A DNA stretch of 64,000 nt from contig JAEYPH010000021.1 of assembly GCA_023410875.1 (NCBI GenBank), positions 27,544 through 91,543 of the forward strand, read 5' to 3'. The number at the start of each line of letters is the position of its first letter. Position 1 is the stretch's first letter. Positions 45,558 through 58,851 of this stretch are shown here, one piece after another. The translations under genes and the position numbers were made by a program. The stretch comes from Bacillota bacterium (lineage in GTDB: Bacteria; Bacillota; Clostridia; Christensenellales; UMGS416). The notes below the pieces were generated by a model. The model made no database searches. It was not told the origin of the DNA and saw only the letters and a program-made list of their open reading frames with translations.

Positions 45558-46661
45558 CTATCGCCTGTGTACTTCCACGGTCCGAATCTCTCCGGTCTTG
45601 AAGTCGGTCTCCCAGCCCTCGTAGCGGTACTGTGCCGGTATACGGATATAGCCTCCTATGGTCCCATCGCGCCGGCGGGGCACAATGCCGGAGACATTAT
45701 GGTTGCCAACGTTGCCCTCGGCAACAGTCAGGCTCTCGCCGTCACAACCCAACAAGATACCGATGTGGTCCCACGGCGCGCCGCCGGCCGGCTTATCCTC
45801 CGCAGGAATGACGTTGTGATAGATGACGATGTCGCCGCGCCGGGGCTGGAAATCCTGCCCCTCGGCGTAAAAGAAGCCGTTCTCTGTGCCCCATTCATAC
45901 CACGCGGCGACGCAGGCCAGCCGGCACCGTGCCACCTTGCGAGCCGTGTGCACCGTGCGGATGGGCAGCGCCAGGTCGGCTTCCAGGCAGCAGTGGAACA
46001 CGAAGGCGGCGCACCACGCGTTCTTCAACTCATCGAAGGCTGAGTCCTCGGGGAAATGACGGATGATCCGCAGAAAGTCGGCGTCCTGCCGGTCGCCGAC
46101 GACGTTCTTCGCGGCCAGCGCCTCGGCGATGTCCGCCAGGCGGCCGGCGTCGAAAGCCGGCTGCCGCGACGGCGGCATGCCGATGAACTCCGGCGTCTGC
46201 AGACCCAACTCGTCCACCAGATTCAGCAGCCGGTCGCTCTTCCACCGGAAGGCCGATACATTGTACAGCCAGTGGTTCATAAGGTCGGCATCCTTTAGCA
46301 CTTCATCGTAGGCGTCGTGGACGTGGGCCTTGTCCGAATGGTGGTACAGCGCTGAGCGGATGAGGATTTGCTCCTCCTCGGTGAAGACGCCGGACATCTC
46401 ATGCTTAAAGGCGACCCGCACCATCTCTGCGCCATTGGGGCCGTGCAGGTCGTTGACGACGCCGGTGCGGTAGGAATAGACATCGTGCAGCAGCCCGATG
46501 GCGGTGGCCAGTTCCGAGTCCAACCCACGCTTGGCCGCCAGCAGCGCACAGTTTTGGGCAACGGAATAGAGGTGGATGTGGGCGGCACGCAGCTCCTGCG
46601 GGTCCTCCATCGCCTCAAAGATGCCGTTGACATAGGCCTGCACCGCGGGAATCTGATTCAT
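45558..46661 (-). CDS. HD-domain / CHAP-domain fusion protein (no signal peptide)
   Basis: N-terminal HD motif (HIHLYSVAQ...GLLHDV). C-terminal CHAP-like Cys (NAWCAAFVFHC) and His (WDHIGILLG...AEGN). Confidence 0.7.
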   Translation of the reverse strand: MNQIPAVQAYVNGIFEAMEDPQELRAAHIHLYSVAQNCALLAAKRGLDSELATAIGLLHDVYSYRTGVVNDLHGPNGAEMVRVAFKHEMSGVFTEEEQILIRSALYHHSDKAHVHDAYDEVLKDADLMNHWLYNVSAFRWKSDRLLNLVDELGLQTPEFIGMPPSRQPAFDAGRLADIAEALAAKNVVGDRQDADFLRIIRHFPEDSAFDELKNAWCAAFVFHCCLEADLALPIRTVHTARKVARCRLACVAAWYEWGTENGFFYAEGQDFQPRRGDIVIYHNVIPAEDKPAGGAPWDHIGILLGCDGESLTVAEGNVGNHNVSGIVPRRRDGTIGGYIRIPAQYRYEGWETDFKTGEIRTVEVHRR

Positions 46662-46722
46662 GCCTCCACCTTCCAAACGGGCAGCCCGACTTATCGTGGC
46701 TGCCCGTTTGCTTGTATTGCTT

Positions 46723-48864
46723 TTATACCGCCTGCTCTTCCGTATAAGCGCCGGTGAACTGGCTGTTGTAAAGGTCTGCGTAGAAGCCCTTGGCCGCCAG
46801 CAGCTCCCCGTGGGTGCCCTTCTCCACGATGGAGCCGTGGTTCATCACGAGGATGATGTCGGCGTCACGGATCGTGGAAAGGCGGTGGGCGATCACAAAG
46901 CTCGTGCGGCCGCGCATCAGGCGCTTCATGGCCCGCTGTATGATGACCTCGGTGCGGGTGTCCACAGAACTGGTGGCCTCGTCCAGTATCAAAATGGCCG
47001 GATCGGCCAGGATGGCCCGGGCGATGGTCAACAGCTGCTTCTGGCCCTGGGAGATGTTGCTGGCTTCCTCGTTGAGCTCGGTGTCATAGCCTTCGGGCAG
47101 CGTGCGGATGAAGCGGTCGGCGTGGGCGGCCTTGGCGGCGGTCACGATCTCCTCCTCGGTCGCGCCGGTGCGCCCATAGGCGATGTTGTCGCGGATGGAG
47201 CCCTTAAACAGCCATGTGTCCTGCAGCACCATGCCGAAGATGTGGCGCAGGTCGCCGCGGCGCATCTGGCGCGTGTCCACGCCGTCCACGGTGATGGAGC
47301 CGCCGTCCACCTCATAGAAGCGCATCAGCAGGTTCACCAGCGTGGTCTTGCCGGCGCCGGTGGGGCCCACGATGGCCACGGTCTGGCCGGGCTGCACGTG
47401 GATGTCCATGTCCTCCATGAGCACCTTGTCCGGCGTGTAGCCGAACTTGACGTCGTTGAAGCTGACCGCGCCGGTGGGCGCTTCCACAACGGCGGCGGGC
47501 TCCACGTCGGGGCTCTGCTCGGGCTCGTCCAGCAGCTCAAAGGTGCGCTCGGCGCAGGCGATGGTGCTCTGTATGATGTTGGCGATGTTGGCCATCTGCA
47601 TGATGGGCTGCGTGAAGGAGCGCGAATACTGTATAAACGCCGTGATATCGCCCAGCTCCAGCGTCTTGCGGGCGGCGAACAGGCCGCCGACGACGCAGAT
47701 GAGCACATAGCCCACGTTGCTGATGAAGCTCATGACCGGCCACATGATGCCCGACACGAACTGGGCCTTCCAGCCCGCCGTGAAGAGCTTCTCATTGGAA
47801 TCACTGAACTTCGCGATGGATTTCTCCTCGTAGTTGAAAGCCTTGACGACCTTGTGGCCGGTGAACATCTCCTCCACGTGGCCGGACATCTCGCCCAGGT
47901 GCTTCTGCTGGGAAGCGAAGTATTTCTGCGAGGCCTTGGCGGTGAACATCGTGGCCACCACATACAGCGGCAGCGTCGCGATCACGATGCCCGTAAGCGC
48001 GGGGCTGATCGTCAGCATCATCACGACATAGCCGATCAGCGATACGACCGACGTGATGGCCGTGGTCAGGCTCTGCTGCAGCGTCTGGGAGATCGTGTCG
48101 ATGTCGTTGGTCATGCGGCTTAAGATCTCACCGTGGGTGCGGGAGTCGAAGAACTTCAGCGGCAGGCGGCCCAGTTTGTCGTCCACTTCCTTGCGCATCT
48201 GGTAGGTCGTGCGCTGCGACACCGAAGACATCAGGTATTGCATCACAAAACCGAAGCCGGCGCTCAGCACATACAGGCCCAGCAGCTTCACGAGCATCCA
48301 GCCGAAGGCGGTGAAATCCACCTCGCCGTTGGTGGCGCGGATGTAGGCTGCCACGCGGGTCAGGTTTTCATCGCTGGTATCCAGCTTCATAGCGCCGCTC
48401 TGATTCTGCCCGGAGGATTCTGCCAGCTTGTCCAGCTGTTCCTTGGGTATCTTCTTCATGCCCTCGATGAGCTTCTCGAAGGCCACGGCGCGCTCTTCGG
48501 CGCTCTTGGCATCGGCCATGGCCGGAATCTGCATCATCTGCAGCATGCCCTTGATCTGGTCGTTGCTCTCGATCTTTTCGACCGCCTGTATCGTCATCTT
48601 GGCCACGATGCCCTCGGTCAGCTTGTTGACCGCCTGGCCGTTGACCTTGGGCGCCCAGATCTGGAACACGGTGCTGGCGATCGCAAACACGAACACGACG
48701 ATCAGCGTGGCCGTATAGGGCTGGAGATATTTGAGCAGCCGGTTCAGCGTGCCTTTGAAATTCTTGGGCTTTTCGCCGGGCATCATCATCGGCGGGCCGC
48801 CGGGGCCAGGGCCCATGGGCCGACGGGGCGGCATTTTGCGGTCGGGCTGTCTGTTCTCGCTCAT
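46723..48864 (-). CDS. ABC transporter permease/ATP-binding protein (exporter half, with a large loop between TM1 and TM2)
   Basis: Walker A GPTGAGKTTL, signature ISQGQKQLL and Walker B ILILDEATS. 4-nt overlap with the partner gene. Confidence 0.9.
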   Translation of the reverse strand: MSENRQPDRKMPPRRPMGPGPGGPPMMMPGEKPKNFKGTLNRLLKYLQPYTATLIVVFVFAIASTVFQIWAPKVNGQAVNKLTEGIVAKMTIQAVEKIESNDQIKGMLQMMQIPAMADAKSAEERAVAFEKLIEGMKKIPKEQLDKLAESSGQNQSGAMKLDTSDENLTRVAAYIRATNGEVDFTAFGWMLVKLLGLYVLSAGFGFVMQYLMSSVSQRTTYQMRKEVDDKLGRLPLKFFDSRTHGEILSRMTNDIDTISQTLQQSLTTAITSVVSLIGYVVMMLTISPALTGIVIATLPLYVVATMFTAKASQKYFASQQKHLGEMSGHVEEMFTGHKVVKAFNYEEKSIAKFSDSNEKLFTAGWKAQFVSGIMWPVMSFISNVGYVLICVVGGLFAARKTLELGDITAFIQYSRSFTQPIMQMANIANIIQSTIACAERTFELLDEPEQSPDVEPAAVVEAPTGAVSFNDVKFGYTPDKVLMEDMDIHVQPGQTVAIVGPTGAGKTTLVNLLMRFYEVDGGSITVDGVDTRQMRRGDLRHIFGMVLQDTWLFKGSIRDNIAYGRTGATEEEIVTAAKAAHADRFIRTLPEGYDTELNEEASNISQGQKQLLTIARAILADPAILILDEATSSVDTRTEVIIQRAMKRLMRGRTSFVIAHRLSTIRDADIILVMNHGSIVEKGTHGELLAAKGFYADLYNSQFTGAYTEEQAV

Positions 48865-50588
48865 GCGGTGGCCTCCTCGGAAAGCTGCGACGCCACAATC
48901 TCGCGGTAGACATCGCAGGTTTGTAACAATTCTTTGTGACGGCCCATGCCCACGATGGCGCCCTCGTCCATGACCAGAATGCGCTCGGCATCCATAACCG
49001 TGGCCACGCGCTGGCTCACGATGAACACTGTGGCGTCCTGGGTCTGCTTGCGCAGCGCGGCGCGCAGGCGTGCGTCGGTCTTAAAGTCCAGCGCCGAAAA
49101 GCTGTCGTCAAAAATATAGATTTCCGGCTTGCAGGCCAACGCCCGGGCAATGTTGAGCCTCTGCTTCTGCCCGCCCGACAGGTTGGTGCCGCCCTCGGCC
49201 ACCTCATAGGTCATGCCCTCTTCCAGAGACGCGATGAACTCCTGGGCCTGGGCAGTCGCTGCGGCCTCATCCACCGCTTGATCGGAGGCCCCCTCGGAAC
49301 CGAAGCGGATGTTGTCGGCGATGGACCCGCTGAACAGCACCGCTTTCTGGGGCACATAGCCGATCTTCTCGCGCAAGGTCTGCTGGGTCATCTCGCGCAC
49401 GTCCACGCCATCCACGAGCACAGATCCGTTCTCCACATCATAGAAGCGGGGGATCAGGTTGATCAGCGTGGATTTGCCGGAGCCGGTGCCGCCGATGATG
49501 GCTGTGACCTCGCCGGGCCGCGCTGTGAAGGTAACACCGCTCAGCGCCGGCTGCTCTGCGCCGTGATAGCGGAAGCTGACGTCACGGAACTCCACCTGGC
49601 CGTGCAGCGCGCCGGTGGTCTTGGCCGCCTGAGGGTCGGTGATTTCCGGCTCCACGGCCAGCACCTCGTTGATGCGCACCGCCGCCGCCTGGGCGCGGGG
49701 CACCATGATGATCATCATCGTGAACATCAGGAACGAGAACATGATCTGCATCGCGTACTGTATGAACGCCATCAGGTCGCCGATGTTCATCTCTCCGCTG
49801 TCGATGCGGATGCCGCCGAACCACAGTATGGAAAGCGTGGTCAGGTTCATGATGATCATGACCGCCGGGAACATCAGCGCCATGATGCGGTTGATCTTGA
49901 TGTAAGTGGCCGTCAGGTCCTCGTTGGCGCGGTCGAAGCGCTTGTGCTCCAGGTCCATGCGGTTGAACGCGCGGATGACGCGGATGCCGGTCAGGTTCTC
50001 GCGCACCACGAGGTTGATCGCATCGATCTTTTTCTGGATCGCGGTGAACAGCGGCAGCACCTTGGAGCTCACGAGCCCCACGAAGGCCAGCAGCACCGGG
50101 ATGGCCACGGCCAGCACCAGCGTCAGCGGCCGGTCCTTGCGCAGGGCCAGTATGATGCCGCCCACGGCCATCATCGGGGCGCTGAGCATCATGCGCATGA
50201 TCATCATCGTGACGTTCTGCACCTGGGTGATGTCGTTGGTCGTACGGGTGATCAGCGTCGCGGTGCCCAGCTTGTCGAATTCATGCAGCGAGAAGCTTTC
50301 AATCTTGCGAAACGTCGCGCTGCGCACGTCGCGGCCAAAGGCCATGGCGGTCCGGGAGGAAAAATAGCTGGCGATGACCGCGCACAGCACGCCGCCGGCC
50401 ACGAAGATCATCATGCGGCCGCCCACGCTGAGTATGTAGTCGGTATCGCCCAGAAGGATGCCTTCATTCACGATGTCGCTCATCAGCGTGGGCAGGTACA
50501 GATCGCTGAGCGTCTGCACGAACACCATCAGCAGCACGACGACGATGGGCACGGTGTAGGGTTTTAGGAATCGAAACAGTTTTACCAT
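48861..50588 (-). CDS. ABC transporter permease/ATP-binding protein (exporter half)
   Basis: Walker A GGTGSGKSTL, signature LSGGQKQRL and Walker B IYIFDDSFS. Confidence 0.9.
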   Translation of the reverse strand: MVKLFRFLKPYTVPIVVVLLMVFVQTLSDLYLPTLMSDIVNEGILLGDTDYILSVGGRMMIFVAGGVLCAVIASYFSSRTAMAFGRDVRSATFRKIESFSLHEFDKLGTATLITRTTNDITQVQNVTMMIMRMMLSAPMMAVGGIILALRKDRPLTLVLAVAIPVLLAFVGLVSSKVLPLFTAIQKKIDAINLVVRENLTGIRVIRAFNRMDLEHKRFDRANEDLTATYIKINRIMALMFPAVMIIMNLTTLSILWFGGIRIDSGEMNIGDLMAFIQYAMQIMFSFLMFTMMIIMVPRAQAAAVRINEVLAVEPEITDPQAAKTTGALHGQVEFRDVSFRYHGAEQPALSGVTFTARPGEVTAIIGGTGSGKSTLINLIPRFYDVENGSVLVDGVDVREMTQQTLREKIGYVPQKAVLFSGSIADNIRFGSEGASDQAVDEAAATAQAQEFIASLEEGMTYEVAEGGTNLSGGQKQRLNIARALACKPEIYIFDDSFSALDFKTDARLRAALRKQTQDATVFIVSQRVATVMDAERILVMDEGAIVGMGRHKELLQTCDVYREIVASQLSEEATA

Positions 50589-50622
50589 CCGCTATACTCC
50601 TTTACAATAATCCATACCATAT

Positions 50623-51114
50623 TCAAAGAGGCGGCCGCCGGGCGTCGAACTCGCCGTGGCCGAATTCCCTCTCAATGATCACGCTCATCTGCTCCAGCAG
50701 CTCGGCCAGCTGCTCGGACTTTTCGTCGCCCAGCTGCATCACGACGGTGGAAAACGCATCGATCATATCTTGCTGGGCCTGGCGGGCCATCTCCCGCCCC
50801 TTATCGGTCAGGCTGACCTTGATGATGCGCCGGTCGAAGGGGTCCATGCGCCGGCGCACCAGGCCCCGGGCCTCCAGCGCCGTGACGGATTGGGTCACCG
50901 TGGGCGAGGTCACCTTCATCAGGTTGGATATCTCCGACACCTTGATGCCATCTTCGCCGCTATGGTGGCATATCATCATCAGCAGCCCAAACTCGCTGTG
51001 CTTGATGCCCATGGTACCCGCCCTGCGATACATGTGCCGCAGGGACATCAGCGCGTCCAGCAGTTTTTTGGTTCGTTCTTCCTGGGTCATCCGGCCCTCC
51101 GGCTGGTCAGCCAA
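50623..51114 (-). CDS. MarR family transcriptional regulator
   Basis: Winged HTH: IKVSEISNLMKVTSPTVTQSVTALEARGLVRRRMDPFDRR. Alternative start ATG 51090. Confidence 0.88.
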   Translation of the reverse strand: MADQPEGRMTQEERTKKLLDALMSLRHMYRRAGTMGIKHSEFGLLMMICHHSGEDGIKVSEISNLMKVTSPTVTQSVTALEARGLVRRRMDPFDRRIIKVSLTDKGREMARQAQQDMIDAFSTVVMQLGDEKSEQLAELLEQMSVIIEREFGHGEFDARRPPL

Positions 51115-51118
51115 AATT

Positions 51119-51180
51119 AAATAGGCAACCTATCTTTTCGTTTGCCGAATTAATTATATGCCTATTTATTCGGAAGTCAA
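51119..51180 (-). promoter_or_regulatory. Near-consensus promoter with a flanking 9-bp inverted repeat (candidate MarR operator)
   Basis: Minus strand reads TTGACT (rc 51175-51180)-N16-TATAAT (rc 51153-51158). IR AAATAGGCA (51119-51127) / TGCCTATTT (51159-51167). Confidence 0.55.
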
Positions 51181-51219
51181 TCAAAAAAGGATCAACGAAA
51201 CTTAAAGATTTCTTAAAGA

Positions 51220-51252
51220 TGCAAACAGACCCTCCCCGCCCTGGAGAGGGTC
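51220..51252 (-). terminator. Hairpin terminator after the SOD-like gene
   Basis: Minus strand reads GACCCTCTCC-AGGGCG-GGGAGGGTC followed by TGTTTGCATCTTT. Confidence 0.5.
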
Positions 51253-51270
51253 ATTCTATGCAAGATTGGA

Positions 51271-55013
<3,743 letters not shown>

Positions 55014-55029
55014 CCTCTCTACACCGACA

Positions 55030-55067
55030 AACGGAGCGCCGGACATCTTCGGCGCTCCGTTTTTTAT
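55030..55067 (+). terminator. Rho-independent terminator after lacZ
   Basis: ACGGAGCGCCG-loop-CGGCGCTCCGT followed by TTTTTTATT. Confidence 0.85.
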
Positions 55068-55092
55068 TGGCATCAGTTGTTATATCCGATTG

Positions 55093-55121
55093 TTTACTTT
55101 GTTAGAATATGCAACTATAAT
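55093..55121 (+). promoter_or_regulatory. Candidate sigma-A promoter
   Basis: TTTACT-N17-TATAAT, about 28 nt upstream of ATG 55149. Confidence 0.45.
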
Positions 55122-55148
55122 GTAAAAATAACATATCGGAGGGTTTTT

Positions 55149-56102
55149 ATGGCAGGTATCGGTACCATCGCATCGTTGGCCAATGATCTCGGTTTCACCG
55201 CCCAGGGCAACATCTGTTGGGGAATGCATGAAGGCTACTGGTTCGGCATCATTCAGGGCTTGCGGCGCGACAACTCTTTCCATATATACACCGCCGCGCG
55301 CTTCCCGGAAACCGCGGATACAGGCGCCATTTCCGCCTTGTTGGAAGCGATGAGCGCCTCCAAGGCCATCAAATCCTACTCCGCTTTCGCCCATGGCTAT
55401 GAGATTGTGATGCAGCCGGGCTTCACCGGCATCCAAAGCCGGAAGGTCGCCGACGCGATGCACGCGCTTGCGGACGCCATACGCGCCCAGGGCGGTCAGC
55501 CGGCATGCTTTCACTGCGGCAGCCCCGAGGCGCTGTCCTTCGCGCAGCTCAACGATATGCCGCTCAGCCTGTGCACCGATTGCCACACGCGCATTGAGGA
55601 GGCCATGCGCCAGCAGGAGGGCGACCATGCTCAGCTGCCCAACAACTATGCCCGCGGAATCCTAGGCGCGCTGCTGGGTGCGCTGCTGGGCGGAGCAATC
55701 TGGGTCGGGATCGGTCTGCTGGGCTACATCGCCGCCATCGCCGGCACCGCCATCTCCTTCTTCGCCGTAAAGGGCTACACGCTGCTGGGCGGCAAGCTGA
55801 ACCGCGTGGCGGTGGTCCTCATCTGCCTGGTCTGCGTGGCCGTGTTCGCGCTGGCCCAGTTCGCCACCAGCGACGCCCTGCTGATTCGCGACCTCATCAA
55901 CGAAGGGTATGAGCCCAACTATGGGGAAATCTTCAAGGCGACCTTCGAGATTCCCTTCTTCGACGAAGAAACCACCTCAGCCTTTGTTAAGGATTCGCTG
56001 CTGGGACTGGTCTTCATGGTGCTGGGCAGTTGGGGCACGCTGCGCGCCGTGGGCCGCCAGGCCAGCAAACCGGCGGACAGCCTGGTACGGCTGCAGGGCT
56101 AA
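55149..56102 (+). CDS. Hypothetical membrane protein with a cytoplasmic zinc-ribbon-like CxxC...CxxC
   Basis: GGAGGG RBS. CFHCGSPE...CTDCH, followed by several TM segments (GILGALLGALLGGAIWVGIGLLGYIAAIAG...). Confidence 0.6.
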   Translation: MAGIGTIASLANDLGFTAQGNICWGMHEGYWFGIIQGLRRDNSFHIYTAARFPETADTGAISALLEAMSASKAIKSYSAFAHGYEIVMQPGFTGIQSRKVADAMHALADAIRAQGGQPACFHCGSPEALSFAQLNDMPLSLCTDCHTRIEEAMRQQEGDHAQLPNNYARGILGALLGALLGGAIWVGIGLLGYIAAIAGTAISFFAVKGYTLLGGKLNRVAVVLICLVCVAVFALAQFATSDALLIRDLINEGYEPNYGEIFKATFEIPFFDEETTSAFVKDSLLGLVFMVLGSWGTLRAVGRQASKPADSLVRLQG

Positions 56103-56104
56103 GA

Positions 56105-56809
56105 ATGCCGCAGGAACAAGAGATCCCGCTGAGCGGTGGGCGCATCACCCAGGGCGTCGTGCGCAAGGGCAACGTGGTGCTGAGCCCGGCCTGCGCCAAC
56201 GCCGCCTTTGTGCACACCGTGCTGTGCCATCTGGAAGAGAAGAACGTGGGCTGTGCCCCCCGCTTCCTGGGCCTGGACGAGCAGGGCCGGGAGAAAACGA
56301 CCTTTCTGGAAGGCTGGTCGCCGAGGGACCTGGGCTGGTTCTCCGATGAGCAATGCGCCGCCGCGGCACGCATCATCCGCACCCTGCACGACGCCCTGGC
56401 CGGCTTCCATGGCTGCCCGCCGGGCCTCACCGTATGCCACCACGACCTGTCGCCGTGCAATTTCATGTTCCTCGACGATCTGCCCTATGCCGTGTTCGAT
56501 TGGGACAGCGCGGCCTTTGGCGCCGCCATGGACGACCTGGCCTATGCCGCGTGGATGTGGCTGGACATCGGCAACGATGAGCTTGCGCCGGGGGAAACCG
56601 CGCGGCGTATGCGGCTGATGCTGGATGCTTACGGCGCACGGGCCGGGGACCGCCTGGACTTCTGCGGCCGCATCCACGCCCAAATGGCCCGCGTCGCCGG
56701 CGGGCGCTACCCTACGGAAGAGCAGACAAAGGCCACCGCCGCGTGGGCGATGGCCTGCAGTCGATGGCTTAAGGAAAACGAGCACGCCTTTGGTCGTGTG
56801 TTCCTCTAG
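56105..56809 (+). CDS. Phosphotransferase (APH-like kinase) family protein
   Basis: Catalytic loop VCHHDLSPCNFMF and the run VFDWDSAAFG. Begins 3 nt after the preceding gene. Confidence 0.7.
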   Translation: MPQEQEIPLSGGRITQGVVRKGNVVLSPACANAAFVHTVLCHLEEKNVGCAPRFLGLDEQGREKTTFLEGWSPRDLGWFSDEQCAAAARIIRTLHDALAGFHGCPPGLTVCHHDLSPCNFMFLDDLPYAVFDWDSAAFGAAMDDLAYAAWMWLDIGNDELAPGETARRMRLMLDAYGARAGDRLDFCGRIHAQMARVAGGRYPTEEQTKATAAWAMACSRWLKENEHAFGRVFL

Positions 56810-57849
56810 GCGACCGGCTGAACTTCGATCGGCTGGTCCTCCCGGTTCCGGTAGAAATCCTCATGGGCCCGGAAGAACGCGTCGATGTTGGCCCATGGCG
56901 ACATCGGCGGGATGTCGCAGCCCGAAGACAGCACCCAGTTGCCGTAACCCGCGCAGCGGCGCAGCAGATCGGTCGTCGCCTCGTAGACCGATTCCGGCGT
57001 GCCGTTGCGAAACTGGCTGGCCGGGTCCACGTTGCCCATCACGATCACGTCCGACGGCACGAGCTTGAGCATCTCGTCCAGCTTGATGGCATTGCCGAAG
57101 TGATAGAGGCCGGCGCCATTGCTCAGGATGGACTGGATCAACGGAATCGTGTTGCCACAGTTGTGATAGGCGACCAGGAAATGATCGTCCTGCACCGCTT
57201 CCACGATGCGGCGTACATAGGGCGTGGAGAATTCATCGTTAAGCGCCGGCGAGAGCAGGCCCGCGGCGGGTTCGGCGATCACGACGCCGTTGGCGCCCAC
57301 AGCCTTGTAGGCGCGGATGTATTCGATGGCGAATGCCGTGGCTTTTTCCAGCACGGCGTGCACGATTTCCGGCTCATCATAGCACTTCATCATAATCTCG
57401 GTCATGTCCATCAGACGGCCGGACAGCGAGAAGGGCCCGATGACGCCGGCGAACACCGGCCGGTCGGCGATGAGCTGCGCCGCGCGGCCGATGGCCTCGA
57501 TGTACAGCCCCGTGCGGGCCGTGCCCACCGCAGGCACTGCCAGCGCCGCCGCCTGCTCCGCCGTCTCCACGATGTGGCCCACCACCGTGGGCACCTCGCT
57601 CTCGGAAAAGCGGATCGTGGAACCGAAGGCCTCCGCCTCCACCGACAGGTCCATCATGCTGACCGACGCCGCCGTGGAGCACCGCTGTGCCACCCGCTGC
57701 ATGCACCGGGCCTGCAGAGTGCTGTCGGAGATCATGGCCACCACATCGATGCCCTCCAACTGTATCGCCGGGAAGGACAGAATGGGCAGGGGCTTCTTGA
57801 CCTTGGCCTGCCGCAGTTCTTCCAACCATTGTTTCATATTGCGCTGCAT
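56806..57849 (-). CDS. Uroporphyrinogen decarboxylase (URO-D)/MtaA-like methyltransferase family protein
   Basis: Overall URO-D-family sequence (e.g. DLSVEAEAFG, GVVIAEPAAGLLSP, YHNCGN). Trimmed to ATG 57849 (GGAGGA upstream). Confidence 0.78.
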   Translation of the reverse strand: MQRNMKQWLEELRQAKVKKPLPILSFPAIQLEGIDVVAMISDSTLQARCMQRVAQRCSTAASVSMMDLSVEAEAFGSTIRFSESEVPTVVGHIVETAEQAAALAVPAVGTARTGLYIEAIGRAAQLIADRPVFAGVIGPFSLSGRLMDMTEIMMKCYDEPEIVHAVLEKATAFAIEYIRAYKAVGANGVVIAEPAAGLLSPALNDEFSTPYVRRIVEAVQDDHFLVAYHNCGNTIPLIQSILSNGAGLYHFGNAIKLDEMLKLVPSDVIVMGNVDPASQFRNGTPESVYEATTDLLRRCAGYGNWVLSSGCDIPPMSPWANIDAFFRAHEDFYRNREDQPIEVQPVA

Positions 57850-58070
57850 GGGTATCCTCCGTTTTTTCTTTACAATACTCCGCGCCAGGTTGTTGCTCAA
57901 TCCACATTCCTGCTGTCTATGGTCAAAATTTGCTTTAATTGTATATTGATTTCACGCTATAGTAAAACCTTGCGAATCACTGTGTTTTTTTGCTGTGTTT
58001 TCTATGGAATGGCGCGGCCATATCACTTTATGCCTAGGCGAATTGCGGCGAAGGCCGTAGAAACTGTCCG

Positions 58071-58099
58071 TGTTTTTCCGTGCCATCGCATGGTATAAT
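58071..58099 (+). promoter_or_regulatory. Candidate extended -10 promoter upstream of the LytTR response regulator
   Basis: TGGTATAAT (58091-58099) with a weak -35, TGTTTT. Confidence 0.4.
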
Positions 58100-58131
58100 G
58101 AAATATCCAGTTTCATGCCACGAGGGTATCG

Positions 58132-58851
58132 GTGTTTAAGGTTGCGTGCTGTGATGACGAGCAAGGAATGCTCGATGTTTTATATAACTATGTTCAGAGA
58201 TGGTCCGTCGAACGGCAGGTACCAGCCGTAACGGCGCTTTTTACCGATGCGATCGAGCTGTTCAGAGAGTTTGAATGCGAGCGCAAAGTCGACCTTCTCT
58301 TCATGGACATCGGGTTTACCAACGCCAACGGCTTTGATGTCGCCAAGATGATCCGCGACCGCAACAAGTCGGTCATCATTGTTTTCATCACCGGCACTCC
58401 ACAATATGCGGTGGATGGGTACCACATCGACGCGTTCCGCTATCTGCTCAAGCCCGTGGCCTATGAGTCGCTGGCTGAGGTGCTGGATAGCGCCCATGCG
58501 AAAGTGAAGGCCCACGAAGCGCAAACAGTCATTTTGAGAGATCAATCGGGCGTTGTCTCGGTGGCGGTGGACGACATCGTGTACATCGAGAGCATCCCCC
58601 ATTACATCGTCGTGCATCTGGTGAACGGCAAGACGTTCAAATGCAGGGGCACAATCCGTGAACTAACGCAGCGACTCCATGGAACGGGCATCCTGCAATG
58701 CCATCGTGCCTTTCTTGTGAATGCCTCTCACATCCACAGACTGCAGGCCGGCACCATTCTGATGAAAACCGGGGAGACCATACCGGTGAGCCGAAGCATG
58801 AAAAAAAGCGCGCTGTCCCAACTGATGAGGAAGGCCGGAGGTATCCTGTGA
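58132..58851 (+). CDS. LytTR-family (AgrA-like) response regulator
   Basis: Receiver residues CCDDE / LLFMDIGF / FITG / LLKP. C-terminal LytTR domain (IVYIESIPHYIVVH...HRAFLVN). GTG start with GAGGG RBS. Confidence 0.9.
   Translation: MFKVACCDDEQGMLDVLYNYVQRWSVERQVPAVTALFTDAIELFREFECERKVDLLFMDIGFTNANGFDVAKMIRDRNKSVIIVFITGTPQYAVDGYHIDAFRYLLKPVAYESLAEVLDSAHAKVKAHEAQTVILRDQSGVVSVAVDDIVYIESIPHYIVVHLVNGKTFKCRGTIRELTQRLHGTGILQCHRAFLVNASHIHRLQAGTILMKTGETIPVSRSMKKSALSQLMRKAGGIL

Noticed and set aside
57952-58164. 70-aa minus-strand ORF in the spacer upstream of the LytTR regulator, considered as a possible RNAIII-like or delta-toxin-like effector.
   Set aside because: It has no RBS and its sequence is not amphipathic. 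It overlaps the regulator's promoter and start, so nothing supports it as an agr effector.
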